Source of the DNA: a virus
Lineage: Duplodnaviria > Caudoviricetes
DNA length: 46,500 nucleotides
Strand: one strand, 5' to 3'
IMG/VR virus record: IMGVR_UViG_3300042342_000302
Span: 1 to 46,500 of that record
Part shown: positions 38,295 to 45,563 of the stretch, in pieces
Layout: each line of letters opens with the position of its first letter
Numbering within the stretch: the stretch's first letter is position 1
The notes under the pieces: generated by a model
Told to the model about the DNA's origin: nothing
What the model saw: the letters and a program-made list of their open reading frames with translations, nothing else
Database searches by the model: none
Program-made: the position numbers and the translations under genes

Positions 38295-38622
38295 TTAATA
38301 ATGTTTTTTCGTTAGAAGTTGTATAACTAATTGTACTACCTGATGGAAGTGATGTACTTGTTGATGTTGATATGTCTCCAAAAGATGCTACATATGGATT
38401 AGCAATTGTAATATAACCAGTACCAGGAGTTGTTGTAATTGTTGTCCCCGTTGGTGTTTCTGGACCTCTTGTTGAATTAGGCGTTCCAACAAAAGGATAT
38501 GTTTGATCATTTACTTCTGCTAATTTTTCTTTTAATATATCCCACTGTTTTGGGGTTATATTAAAATCGTGGACTCCTTCGGTAAATCCCTTCAGCCATA
38601 ATATGAATTCTTTACTTGTCAT
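38287..38622 (-). CDS. hypothetical protein with Thr/Ser-rich tail
   Basis: EFILWLKGF...QWDILKEKL then T/S/P-rich segment. Confidence 0.75.
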   Translation of the reverse strand: MTSKEFILWLKGFTEGVHDFNITPKQWDILKEKLAEVNDQTYPFVGTPNSTRGPETPTGTTITTTPGTGYITIANPYVASFGDISTSTSTSLPSGSTISYTTSNEKTLLND

Positions 38623-39910
38623 TTTTAACTTCTATTTTTTTAAGTTTAGGTAATGTCAATCCTACTTGTTTAGGAATTTTATCTAAATAAGTTCCCAATA
38701 AAGTCTTCATCTCATCAAAGCTAAATTTGGTTTTTGATTGATGCGCTTGCTTCTTCGCTCTCTCTTCGTACTTAGAATACTTCTCGTATACATCTCTTAA
38801 ATAGAACTCTGCTTGTTTTGTATCAGGACTAAACCATGCTGACTCTTTTATTAAAAGATTTTCTACTACTGCAGAAGGATGAATTTGTTTTAAAGCTCCT
38901 CCAATAAGACAGCAGTTTTCCATAAACAAAAAATCAACGTGTCCAGAGTACGCTGTAGTTATGATAGGCTTTTTTGATAATGTGAATTCTAAAAGAGGTC
39001 TGCCAAATCCTTCTCCTTTAGTTAAATTAAACATAGCCTTTACTTTTCCGTGATTATATAAGTTGTTTATGTCTTTATCATCCATCTCTCCGTGAAGTAG
39101 ATAAATGTTCGGCAAATTTCCACTCACAGATTTTTTTACTATATCGATCTTTCTTAAAATCTCTTCCCTATCCATAATACTAGATCCAGCTCCTGATGTT
39201 TTAATTATTAAAGCAGGTTGGCTCTTTCTGTTTTTAAAAGTCTCTAAAAACGTTTTTATCATTAATGGAACGTTCTTTCTGTCTTCTCCAAATTCCCCTT
39301 GTAACCAATGTCCAACAAACAAGTAACAGAAGTCTTCTTTTATTTCATCCAAAGCCTGAACCAATTCAGTGCCGTCTAAATCTTCGTCTGCTACATAAAA
39401 ATATTTGTTCAGATCAACGCCTTCGAATAATACTTCAATGGGTTTTTCTGCTTTTATTTCTTTAATTACTTGTCCTGTGGTTTTATCTTGCTCTTTAAAT
39501 CCTGAATTTAACATCACGTTTTTAGCATGTTGAGAAGAAACTAATGTTAAATTCATTCTATTTATTCCCTCTATCCAAGTTGCAGGACATATTGTAGTTT
39601 CTATACCTGCGGTTACTCCAATATTATATTTTCCCACTGGTTGAAATTCATTAGGAACCGTGATTTGAATCCAAACATCTGGCTGTTTTGGCATTTGGCT
39701 AGATTTAAGTATTAATTTTTCCAACCATCCCCACTCCTGCTCATTGTCTTTTATGTATCCCCATGGAGTAACTCCCCATCTTTGAGCTATGATATTGAAT
39801 TCGTATTCGTCTTTTTTTAATTCATATAGAGCTTTAAAAAAATCTCTAGATCTTGCACCGTAACCTGAATATGTGTCTATTGGGCAACTTATCACACAGT
39901 ATTGTTTCAT
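38612..39910 (-). CDS. glycosyltransferase family 4-like (GT-B)
   Basis: SGYG, DRKN, GEGFGRPLLE. Confidence 0.88.
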   Translation of the reverse strand: MKQYCVISCPIDTYSGYGARSRDFFKALYELKKDEYEFNIIAQRWGVTPWGYIKDNEQEWGWLEKLILKSSQMPKQPDVWIQITVPNEFQPVGKYNIGVTAGIETTICPATWIEGINRMNLTLVSSQHAKNVMLNSGFKEQDKTTGQVIKEIKAEKPIEVLFEGVDLNKYFYVADEDLDGTELVQALDEIKEDFCYLFVGHWLQGEFGEDRKNVPLMIKTFLETFKNRKSQPALIIKTSGAGSSIMDREEILRKIDIVKKSVSGNLPNIYLLHGEMDDKDINNLYNHGKVKAMFNLTKGEGFGRPLLEFTLSKKPIITTAYSGHVDFLFMENCCLIGGALKQIHPSAVVENLLIKESAWFSPDTKQAEFYLRDVYEKYSKYEERAKKQAHQSKTKFSFDEMKTLLGTYLDKIPKQVGLTLPKLKKIEVKNDK

Positions 39911-39911
39911 A

Positions 39912-41354
39912 TTAATATATTAATTTATGAGCTATTTTTTTTCTTGGTAAATCTTCTACTTTAATTAATTCAAATTGTTTTCTTGGTTTAAATTTTTCAA
40001 AAGTTTCTTCTATGCAGTCTAATACGTTTTGACACATATTACTAGAACTCATCATTGATTCTTTTGATTGGGCCCATTTTCTACCTTCTAGTCCTCTTTT
40101 CTCCCTCTCTTCAGATGGAAGTTCATACACTTTCTGTATAGATTTTGCTAGATCTCTAAAGTCCAATCTATCATCGAATATATAAGGCGTAGGAATAGAT
40201 CCTACAATGCTTGAATTGCTAGGGAATACAGGTTCTGCCCATTCTCCATGTTTTTTATAGGTGCCGAAGTGATTAGAGCAAAAGTTTTCATTAAAATCAA
40301 TCCAATTGCCTTGCTCATCTTCAAATCTCATTTGGTCTTGCATTCCTCCAGTAACTGTTGCTATAATCATTTTACCTGTCATCATAGATTCTGTCAATGA
40401 TAGTCCCCATCCTTCGTTAGAAGAAGGCAAACACGTTACGTCTGATAAATTATAAAGTAAATTTATTTGATCTGCTCCTACTCTAGAATCATGAATAATC
40501 ACTCTTTGATATTCAGGGTCGCAAAACAAATCTCTTACTACCCCTAAATCTGTACCATTTTCATCAGTCACTTGAGTGTGCATAAGTAGCGCACATTTTT
40601 TAGCTTTTTCTTTTCCTATAGTATCACAAAAAACAGAATATGCAAGAATTAAATCAGAAGTACATTTTCTTCTAATGTTTCTTGCGTTATAAAAAATTAC
40701 AAATTCTGGTATGTCTTCTCCAAAAACCGCTTTCTTTTTTACCTGTAATTTTTCATATTCGTCTTTCATGAATTCATTGATAGGGAAAAATATCTTTTCA
40801 TTAATACCGTGAGGAACATATTTTAAAACTTTGTTTTTTACTTTATCGCCTAATACAACTCTATTGATATTTAAAGTTTGTTTTGAAATAGCCATAAGAG
40901 TATCGCAAGATTCATAATATGCTTTATTGTATAAAGGCGCAGGTAAATCATCCCAAATGTTTAAATAAATCATAGGAATCTTTCTTCTAACTTCATTTTC
41001 CATTTGAAATAACCAGGTCCAATATCTTGGATCTGTAAAAAACATAATTGCGTCAGGTTTCTCTATGTCAAGAAGTTGTCTAACTAATTCAGGGGATCCG
41101 TAACCATTTATTGGATAAATAAAAACTGAAGCATCTGGAATTCCCATGATATTGTTAGTGTCTTCAGAAATATCGAGTCTCTTCCCTGCGTCTGGATGTT
41201 GTATTGCACCTCCTAAGTTTATCCAATTAAATCTATGAGATGTGCCTATAACTATCTCTCTTGCCATGGTAGATATACCGCTGGTCATTCTAATATCATC
41301 GCACATAAATAGGATCTTTTTTCTTTGATCCTGAGGAATGTAACCTTTTATCAT
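39912..41354 (-). CDS. glycosyltransferase family 4 (GT-B)
   Basis: VPHG, NARNIRRK, NEGWGLSLTE. Confidence 0.9.
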   Translation of the reverse strand: MIKGYIPQDQRKKILFMCDDIRMTSGISTMAREIVIGTSHRFNWINLGGAIQHPDAGKRLDISEDTNNIMGIPDASVFIYPINGYGSPELVRQLLDIEKPDAIMFFTDPRYWTWLFQMENEVRRKIPMIYLNIWDDLPAPLYNKAYYESCDTLMAISKQTLNINRVVLGDKVKNKVLKYVPHGINEKIFFPINEFMKDEYEKLQVKKKAVFGEDIPEFVIFYNARNIRRKCTSDLILAYSVFCDTIGKEKAKKCALLMHTQVTDENGTDLGVVRDLFCDPEYQRVIIHDSRVGADQINLLYNLSDVTCLPSSNEGWGLSLTESMMTGKMIIATVTGGMQDQMRFEDEQGNWIDFNENFCSNHFGTYKKHGEWAEPVFPSNSSIVGSIPTPYIFDDRLDFRDLAKSIQKVYELPSEEREKRGLEGRKWAQSKESMMSSSNMCQNVLDCIEETFEKFKPRKQFELIKVEDLPRKKIAHKLIY

Positions 41355-41361
41355 TTGTAAC

Positions 41362-41580
41362 TTATTTTATTGCATTAATTATTTCAGATCCAGTGTAGTA
41401 GGTGTTGTATTGCTCGTGCATCTTTGCTCTGAAGCCAGAATCAGTCAGATACATATACATCGTTCTCTCCACTATGTCTTGTAAGTTCATCTTAGTTCTT
41501 ATTGAGGTGATCTTGAAGTCCTCATATAGAGTCTCGGGTATCTTTACAGACGTAATTACCCTTTTCGTTTTGCTAACCAT
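41362..41580 (-). CDS. ribbon-helix-helix-like DNA-binding protein
   Basis: TSVKIPETLYEDFK...MNLQDIVER; preceded by ATATTTAT (41598-41605). Confidence 0.7.
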   Translation of the reverse strand: MVSKTKRVITSVKIPETLYEDFKITSIRTKMNLQDIVERTMYMYLTDSGFRAKMHEQYNTYYTGSEIINAIK

Positions 41581-41628
41581 ATTATAATTTATTTACTATA
41601 AATATATAGATAAAGAGTAAATATAAAT

Positions 41629-42549
41629 TTATAACAAAACTTTTTTATTTGTTCGGTCGCAGTGCTCTGGTTTGTCTTTGAATGGGCACCACTTGCATCC
41701 ATCTAAGTTCTTTGTGTACTCTCTTTCTGCTATGTACTTGGCGTCAACTGTGAATGTTTCTCTAACAAAAGATTCGAATTCTGCCACTGCGTCTTTTACT
41801 TTCTTAGTGCCTTGAGCTGGAATAAACTCTTGAACATACTTTGTAGGAAAATCAGGACTAACATAAGGTCGTCTCTTTACTATAAAGAATCTGACTTCTA
41901 TTTTATCTATAGGAACGTTTAGAGCTCTTGAGTAGAAGTGTTTGTACAAAAGCAACTGACTTATCTTGTTCTTGTCTTTTTTATCGTTATCGTTCCAACC
42001 TTTTGTCGAAGTCTTAATATCATAGATCTCGTAAGTCTCTGTGTTCTTATTAAAGAAGATCAAGTCGATTGAACCAGTCATGATCACATTTGGAATCTCG
42101 TCTACTATGTATTGCTCGATTGGAATCTCGATACCGATTAACTTAGTAGTTCTTAAGTTAAAGTACTCGCCTCTTCTCTTCTTAATCCAATCCAATATGG
42201 TAATACCATCTTCTATAAACTCTTTGAAATCGTTAGGCTTTATAAAGTGCTCGCCTTTCTGTTCTGCTAAAGCCTCTTTATAATTCTCGTACATTCTTTC
42301 TTTTAGCAATCCAGCCAAGTCCATTTCGTCTGCCTTTTTAGCTGAGTCTTCGAACATTACTTTTAACCAGTCTTGCATGGTTTCGTGGAAAGAGGTACCG
42401 AAAGTTAAATGCACAGAAGGTTTGAATATCTTTAGCTTCTTAATGTAGTTAAGATACCATTGATATTGACACTGCTTGTATATAGAATATTGTGAATAAG
42501 ACACAGACTTCTGATAAGCATAATTTACTCCCCATACATGTTTTGGCAT
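41629..42549 (-). CDS. PD-(D/E)XK exonuclease, Cas4/RecB-like with Fe-S cysteines
   Basis: SYSQ...C, GTSFH, E, GSIDL, DIKT, QLLLY, CKWCPF...C. Confidence 0.9.
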   Translation of the reverse strand: MPKHVWGVNYAYQKSVSYSQYSIYKQCQYQWYLNYIKKLKIFKPSVHLTFGTSFHETMQDWLKVMFEDSAKKADEMDLAGLLKERMYENYKEALAEQKGEHFIKPNDFKEFIEDGITILDWIKKRRGEYFNLRTTKLIGIEIPIEQYIVDEIPNVIMTGSIDLIFFNKNTETYEIYDIKTSTKGWNDNDKKDKNKISQLLLYKHFYSRALNVPIDKIEVRFFIVKRRPYVSPDFPTKYVQEFIPAQGTKKVKDAVAEFESFVRETFTVDAKYIAEREYTKNLDGCKWCPFKDKPEHCDRTNKKVLL

Positions 42550-42553
42550 TGTC

Positions 42554-42823
42554 TTATTTTTTACCGTCTATTGTAGACTTTATTTTTTGTAGATACAGAA
42601 TTGCATCCATGTGTTCTTCGATTGCATGTTGCAACCATTCTGACAAAGATAGATCGGTTCTGTCTAAATCGGTGTTGTATTTTGCTTTACCGACTCTTGA
42701 TCTGTCGATAAATTGATCTACGATACCATCGACTATAGAATCAGTCTTTAGAACTTGTCTTGTGTTTTCGGATGTGTATATAATGTTGTCTCCGTATACT
42801 TCTCTATTCTTCGTCTTTTTCAT
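42554..42823 (-). CDS. all-alpha NTP-pyrophosphatase-like small protein
   Basis: RSRVGKAKY...WLQHAIEEHMDAILY (EExxD). Confidence 0.65.
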   Translation of the reverse strand: MKKTKNREVYGDNIIYTSENTRQVLKTDSIVDGIVDQFIDRSRVGKAKYNTDLDRTDLSLSEWLQHAIEEHMDAILYLQKIKSTIDGKK

Positions 42824-43049
42824 TACTTTCTGTTATTGCTAATTCTGGTGGATAAAAATCTTTGTTTATGTGTCCGCATTTAACGCAACAAAAAACTTGA
42901 ACTGGTGCCAAGCCTTCTCTTCCGTCTGCAGATAAAAATTTACTGACCTTTCTTAATAGCAATCCCATAGTAAAAGCATTGTGACCGCAACTGTCGCAAA
43001 GCCATGGTGTGGTTTTGGTTAAATCTACCTGTGGTTGTTTTTGATTCAT
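42804..43049 (-). CDS. zinc-ribbon protein
   Basis: CDSCG...CVKCG; start re-assigned to MNQKQ. Confidence 0.8.
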   Translation of the reverse strand: MNQKQPQVDLTKTTPWLCDSCGHNAFTMGLLLRKVSKFLSADGREGLAPVQVFCCVKCGHINKDFYPPELAITESNEKDEE

Positions 43050-43522
43050 TATTTGTTTTTTTCTTGTTTTAAATCCCAATAAATTTTTCTTACTTTAGCT
43101 CCTAACTCAGCATCGTTTGGTGTGTATAAAATAGTAGTTTCGTCCACTAAGATTAACATATGAGATGGATTTGCTGTACCTAAAGGTTCTATTTCTGCAA
43201 ATGTTTCTGAAATTTCTTTACTTCCTCCGCATTTTACACATAATTGCCCAGCGCCTTCTACGTAATTAAAACGATAGTCGATGTGATCGTTAAATCTGTA
43301 AGCGGTTTCAGCTCCGCAGATAACGCATTTTTCAATTGGGTTATTTTTATACGGAGGTCTATCTATAACAGCGTCACCGGGCCCGTATTCCATTTTAACA
43401 TACCGTTGTTTTTGTTCTTGCTCTAATGCACAGGAAAGATGGTCTACGCCAACAAGATAATCGTATTCTATTTCTGAGGTGTCTTTGCCACAATATTGGC
43501 AGATAAATAGGGAGTTTTCCAT
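43049..43522 (-). CDS. double zinc-finger protein
   Basis: CQYC...H..C, CVIC...YVEGAGQLCVKC, PNDAELG. Confidence 0.8.
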   Translation of the reverse strand: MENSLFICQYCGKDTSEIEYDYLVGVDHLSCALEQEQKQRYVKMEYGPGDAVIDRPPYKNNPIEKCVICGAETAYRFNDHIDYRFNYVEGAGQLCVKCGGSKEISETFAEIEPLGTANPSHMLILVDETTILYTPNDAELGAKVRKIYWDLKQEKNK

Positions 43523-43540
43523 AGCGTTTTATTTATAACC

Positions 43541-43581
43541 TAAATGTAACAATTATGGAGAAGATGGAGAAATAAAAGTTT
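43541..43581 (-). promoter_or_regulatory. Bacteroidota-type promoter
   Basis: AAACTTTTATTT-N21-TACATTTA; upstream element identical to the 3857-3868 site. Confidence 0.7.
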
Positions 43582-43587
43582 AAAGTA

Positions 43588-43923
43588 AAGCTGTTGTTCT
43601 TGACTTATTTTTTATTTTTTGTTAATTAACTTTGATTCCAATTTGTCTAGTCGAGAATCCATCATGCTGTATATAGCTTGTTCTGATTCTGCTCGACTTC
43701 TGTGAACATTTTCTATCTCTAAGGATAGTACTCTATTTGTTTGAGCGTCTATTTCAATGACGTCTCTATTGAGGTCTTCGATTCTTTTTTCTAACTTAAT
43801 GGTCTTAACGAAGGCAATAACAGCAACTACCGCTAACGCGATAACCACCACTAAGCTCATCCCTAAAACGAATGATAGTGTTTCCATATTTTATTTCTCC
43901 TATATGCCAAAGAACAACAGCTT
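43588..43923. repeat. 14-bp perfect inverted repeat enclosing one CDS
   Basis: AAGCTGTTGTTCTT at 43588-43601 and AAGAACAACAGCTT at 43910-43923. Confidence 0.85.
43612..43887 (-). CDS. single-TM coiled-coil protein
   Basis: hydrophobic N-terminus, heptad tail ending DSRLDKLE; AGGAG upstream. Confidence 0.8.
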   Translation of the reverse strand: METLSFVLGMSLVVVIALAVVAVIAFVKTIKLEKRIEDLNRDVIEIDAQTNRVLSLEIENVHRSRAESEQAIYSMMDSRLDKLESKLINKK

Positions 43924-43924
43924 G

Positions 43925-44094
43925 CTGACAGGACTGGATTCGAACCAATATGCAGAGATTCAATAGTTAACAAAGTTGCTCGCGAGCTTGTGGTCTACCC
44001 ATATCAACTATCTATTTCTTTATCTGCGTCCTCGGGACCGGAGGATGTGTATGCCGGGGTCATAACTGAGACAACCCAATTTCACCACCTGTCA
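43925..44094 (-). ncRNA. 170-nt enlarged tRNA-like RNA
   Basis: UGACAGG/CCUGUCA acceptor, AUUGG-UUCGAAU-CCAGU T arm, extra D-loop hairpin, ~80-nt variable arm, non-canonical loop CGGUCCC. Confidence 0.75.
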
Positions 44095-44099
44095 TTATA

Positions 44100-44348
44100 T
44101 TAATAGATTCCGTCTTCGTCGTCTATTTTAAAATCCAATTTATTCTGATCGATTCTGGCTTGTTCAGCTTCTTTGTACCATCTAATCCAAGTTATAGATA
44201 CGTCAACAGGAGCCAATACCCAAGCCATTACTACAACCATAATAGCGTCTAACTCAGGAGAATTATATTCAACTCCTGATCTTTTGTATCTTTTGTTTAG
44301 TTGATAGAAACAATAGATAACACAAATAATGTAATAAATCAATAACAT
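44100..44348 (-). CDS. small membrane protein
   Basis: start re-assigned to MLLIYY so that it does not overlap tRNA-Gln. Confidence 0.75.
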   Translation of the reverse strand: MLLIYYIICVIYCFYQLNKRYKRSGVEYNSPELDAIMVVVMAWVLAPVDVSITWIRWYKEAEQARIDQNKLDFKIDDEDGIY

Positions 44349-44371
44349 ATTTTTAATTTTTATTTTTAAAG

Positions 44372-44442
44372 TTCCCACTCATGGATTCGAACCACAACAA
44401 ACTGCACCAAAAACAGTTGTACTACCGTTATACTAAATGGGA
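44372..44442 (-). tRNA. tRNA-Gln(UUG)
   Basis: full cloverleaf; ACTGT-TTTTGGT-GCAGT; GGTTCGAATCC; CCA not encoded. Confidence 0.9.
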
Positions 44443-44452
44443 CTAAAGCCGC

Positions 44453-44662
44453 CTATATTTTTATGTACACATCGCTATTGACCGGTAATGCCAATGAGTT
44501 GTTGTGATACAGTATTTTTCCATCTTTAGAAAATCCAGTGATACTAATTACCTCGTCCTTATCAACATTAGCCAGCATTTTATTGCCCAACTTATCTGAT
44601 ACGATTAGTAGCTTATCTCCTATTTTTAATTCTATTCCAAATTTATTTGTTACCTTTTTCAT
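44453..44662 (-). CDS. hypothetical protein
   Basis: ORF between tRNAs. Confidence 0.7.
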   Translation of the reverse strand: MKKVTNKFGIELKIGDKLLIVSDKLGNKMLANVDKDEVISITGFSKDGKILYHNNSLALPVNSDVYIKI

Positions 44663-44861
44663 TATGTTTTGTTAGATCTAAAGTAGCGTTGTGATGCATT
44701 CTTATTTGATCGCTTCTGTAATGTCTAATGTGACCTCCATCGCATAGTACAATACACCATATATCGTTCTCAAAAGTGCCTCCATTGGAAACGTACACTG
44801 CATAACCTTCTTTGTTGCCTTCTACAATAACTGGAATAGGCGTTTTAAATTCTAACATCAT
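44643..44861 (-). CDS. hypothetical protein
   Basis: start re-assigned to MMLEFKTPIPV, downstream of tRNA-Ser. Confidence 0.75.
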   Translation of the reverse strand: MMLEFKTPIPVIVEGNKEGYAVYVSNGGTFENDIWCIVLCDGGHIRHYRSDQIRMHHNATLDLTKHNEKGNK

Positions 44862-44870
44862 ATAAATTTG

Positions 44871-44957
44871 CGGAGAGACAGGGATTCGAACCCCAGATAC
44901 CGTTTCCAGTATGCCAGTTTTCAAGACTGGTGCATTCAACCGCTCTGCCATCTCTCC
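44871..44957 (-). tRNA. tRNA-Ser(UGA)
   Basis: GGAGAGA acceptor, CCAGT-CTTGAAA-ACTGG, long variable arm, G73. Confidence 0.95.
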
Positions 44958-45026
44958 AGTAGTTTAAAAATGTTTTAATATTAGTACTATGAATACTAAT
45001 TTATGACTTTTTTTAAACCAATACGG

Positions 45027-45142
45027 TGCCGGTGGAAGGGATTTTCACCCTCACGGAGTCCTTTTCGGTCACTCCACCATTCTAGAATAGGTACGTCTCA
45101 ATGTTACTCGTCAGTTTACACTGTTTATTCCGCCACACCGGC
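45027..45142 (-). ncRNA. 116-nt Leu-type tRNA-like RNA with expanded D loop
   Basis: GCCGGUG/CACCGGC acceptor plus A73, GCGGAA...AGACG D arm with insertion, irregular anticodon arm, T loop UGAAAAU. Confidence 0.7.
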
Positions 45143-45147
45143 ATATG

Positions 45148-45220
45148 AGCCTCGCGACGGACTTGAACCGCCGACCTGATCATTACAAATGACCTGCTCT
45201 ACCGACTGAGCTAGCAAGGC
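45148..45220 (-). tRNA. tRNA-Thr(UGU)
   Basis: full cloverleaf; GGTCA-TTTGTAA-TGATC; GGTTCAAGTCC. Confidence 0.95.
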
Positions 45221-45224
45221 ATTT

Positions 45225-45349
45225 AGGAAAGCAGAAGATGGGTGCGTGGACATCTGCTTTTACGATTGGCATTACTTTGGCTTTCGCCCCCTCAACCATA
45301 TATCAGCCCTTTCTACAGTTAAAAGATATAAGTTTTCCCAATCAACCTT
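45225..45349 (-). ncRNA. candidate ~125-nt structured RNA
   Basis: GAUUGG/CCAAUC, UAUAUC/GAUAUA, GGC-GAAA-GCC, AAAGCAGA/UCUGCUUU; no ORF. Confidence 0.55.
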
Positions 45350-45356
45350 AATATTG

Positions 45357-45433
45357 AAACAAACTATCCACAATTTTTCTAAGTCGCCATCCAAGTCATG
45401 CTCTGGTTAAACCAGCGGCAGATAGTTATGTTT
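45357..45433 (-). ncRNA. candidate ~77-nt structured RNA
   Basis: terminal helix AAACA-U-AACUAUCUGC / GUGGAUAGUU-UGUUU enclosing CUGGU/ACCAG hairpin. Confidence 0.5.
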
Positions 45434-45434
45434 G

Positions 45435-45506
45435 TACTCTGTACGGGATTCGAACCCGTATTACGCCCGTGAAAGGGGAGTGAACTAACCCTTATTCGAA
45501 CAGAGC
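45435..45506 (-). tRNA. tRNA-Glu(UUC)
   Basis: cloverleaf; loop CTTTCAC; GGTTCGAATCC; one mismatch in the anticodon stem. Confidence 0.92.
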
Positions 45507-45507
45507 A

Positions 45508-45550
45508 ATAAAAAAGGCTCTAACTGAAGTTTAAAACAATTAGAGCCTTT
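45508..45550 (-). terminator. intrinsic-terminator-like hairpin
   Basis: AAAGGCTCTAATTG-loop-CAGTTAGAGCC followed by TTTTTTATT. Confidence 0.75.
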
Positions 45551-45563
45551 GATAAGTTTTGTT

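Noticed and set aside
41629-42549. Cas4-like gene as evidence of a CRISPR-Cas system
   Set aside because: No repeat-spacer array and no other cas genes are visible; solo Cas4/RecB-like nucleases are common in phages.
43588-43923. Inverted repeat as MITE or IS ends
   Set aside because: No target-site duplication, transposase or second copy in the window; the extension uses G-U pairing, which favours an RNA-level role.
564-43966. All plus-strand ORFs in the supplied track (for example 4456..4806, 9584..9925, 27517..27933)
   Set aside because: They are antisense shadows of better-supported minus-strand genes and show no recognisable motifs.
44862-44951. N-terminal extension of ORF 44643..44951 (and of 44100..44378)
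   Set aside because: These extensions are translations of tRNA-Ser and tRNA-Gln sequence; the true starts are downstream.
45075-45095. Amber stop-codon reassignment suggested by a possible CUA anticodon
   Set aside because: ORFs tile densely under the standard code and several genes end in TAG right next to the following gene.
45095-45120. CUGACGAG resembling a hammerhead ribozyme core
   Set aside because: No stem II followed by GAAA and no matching three-way junction.
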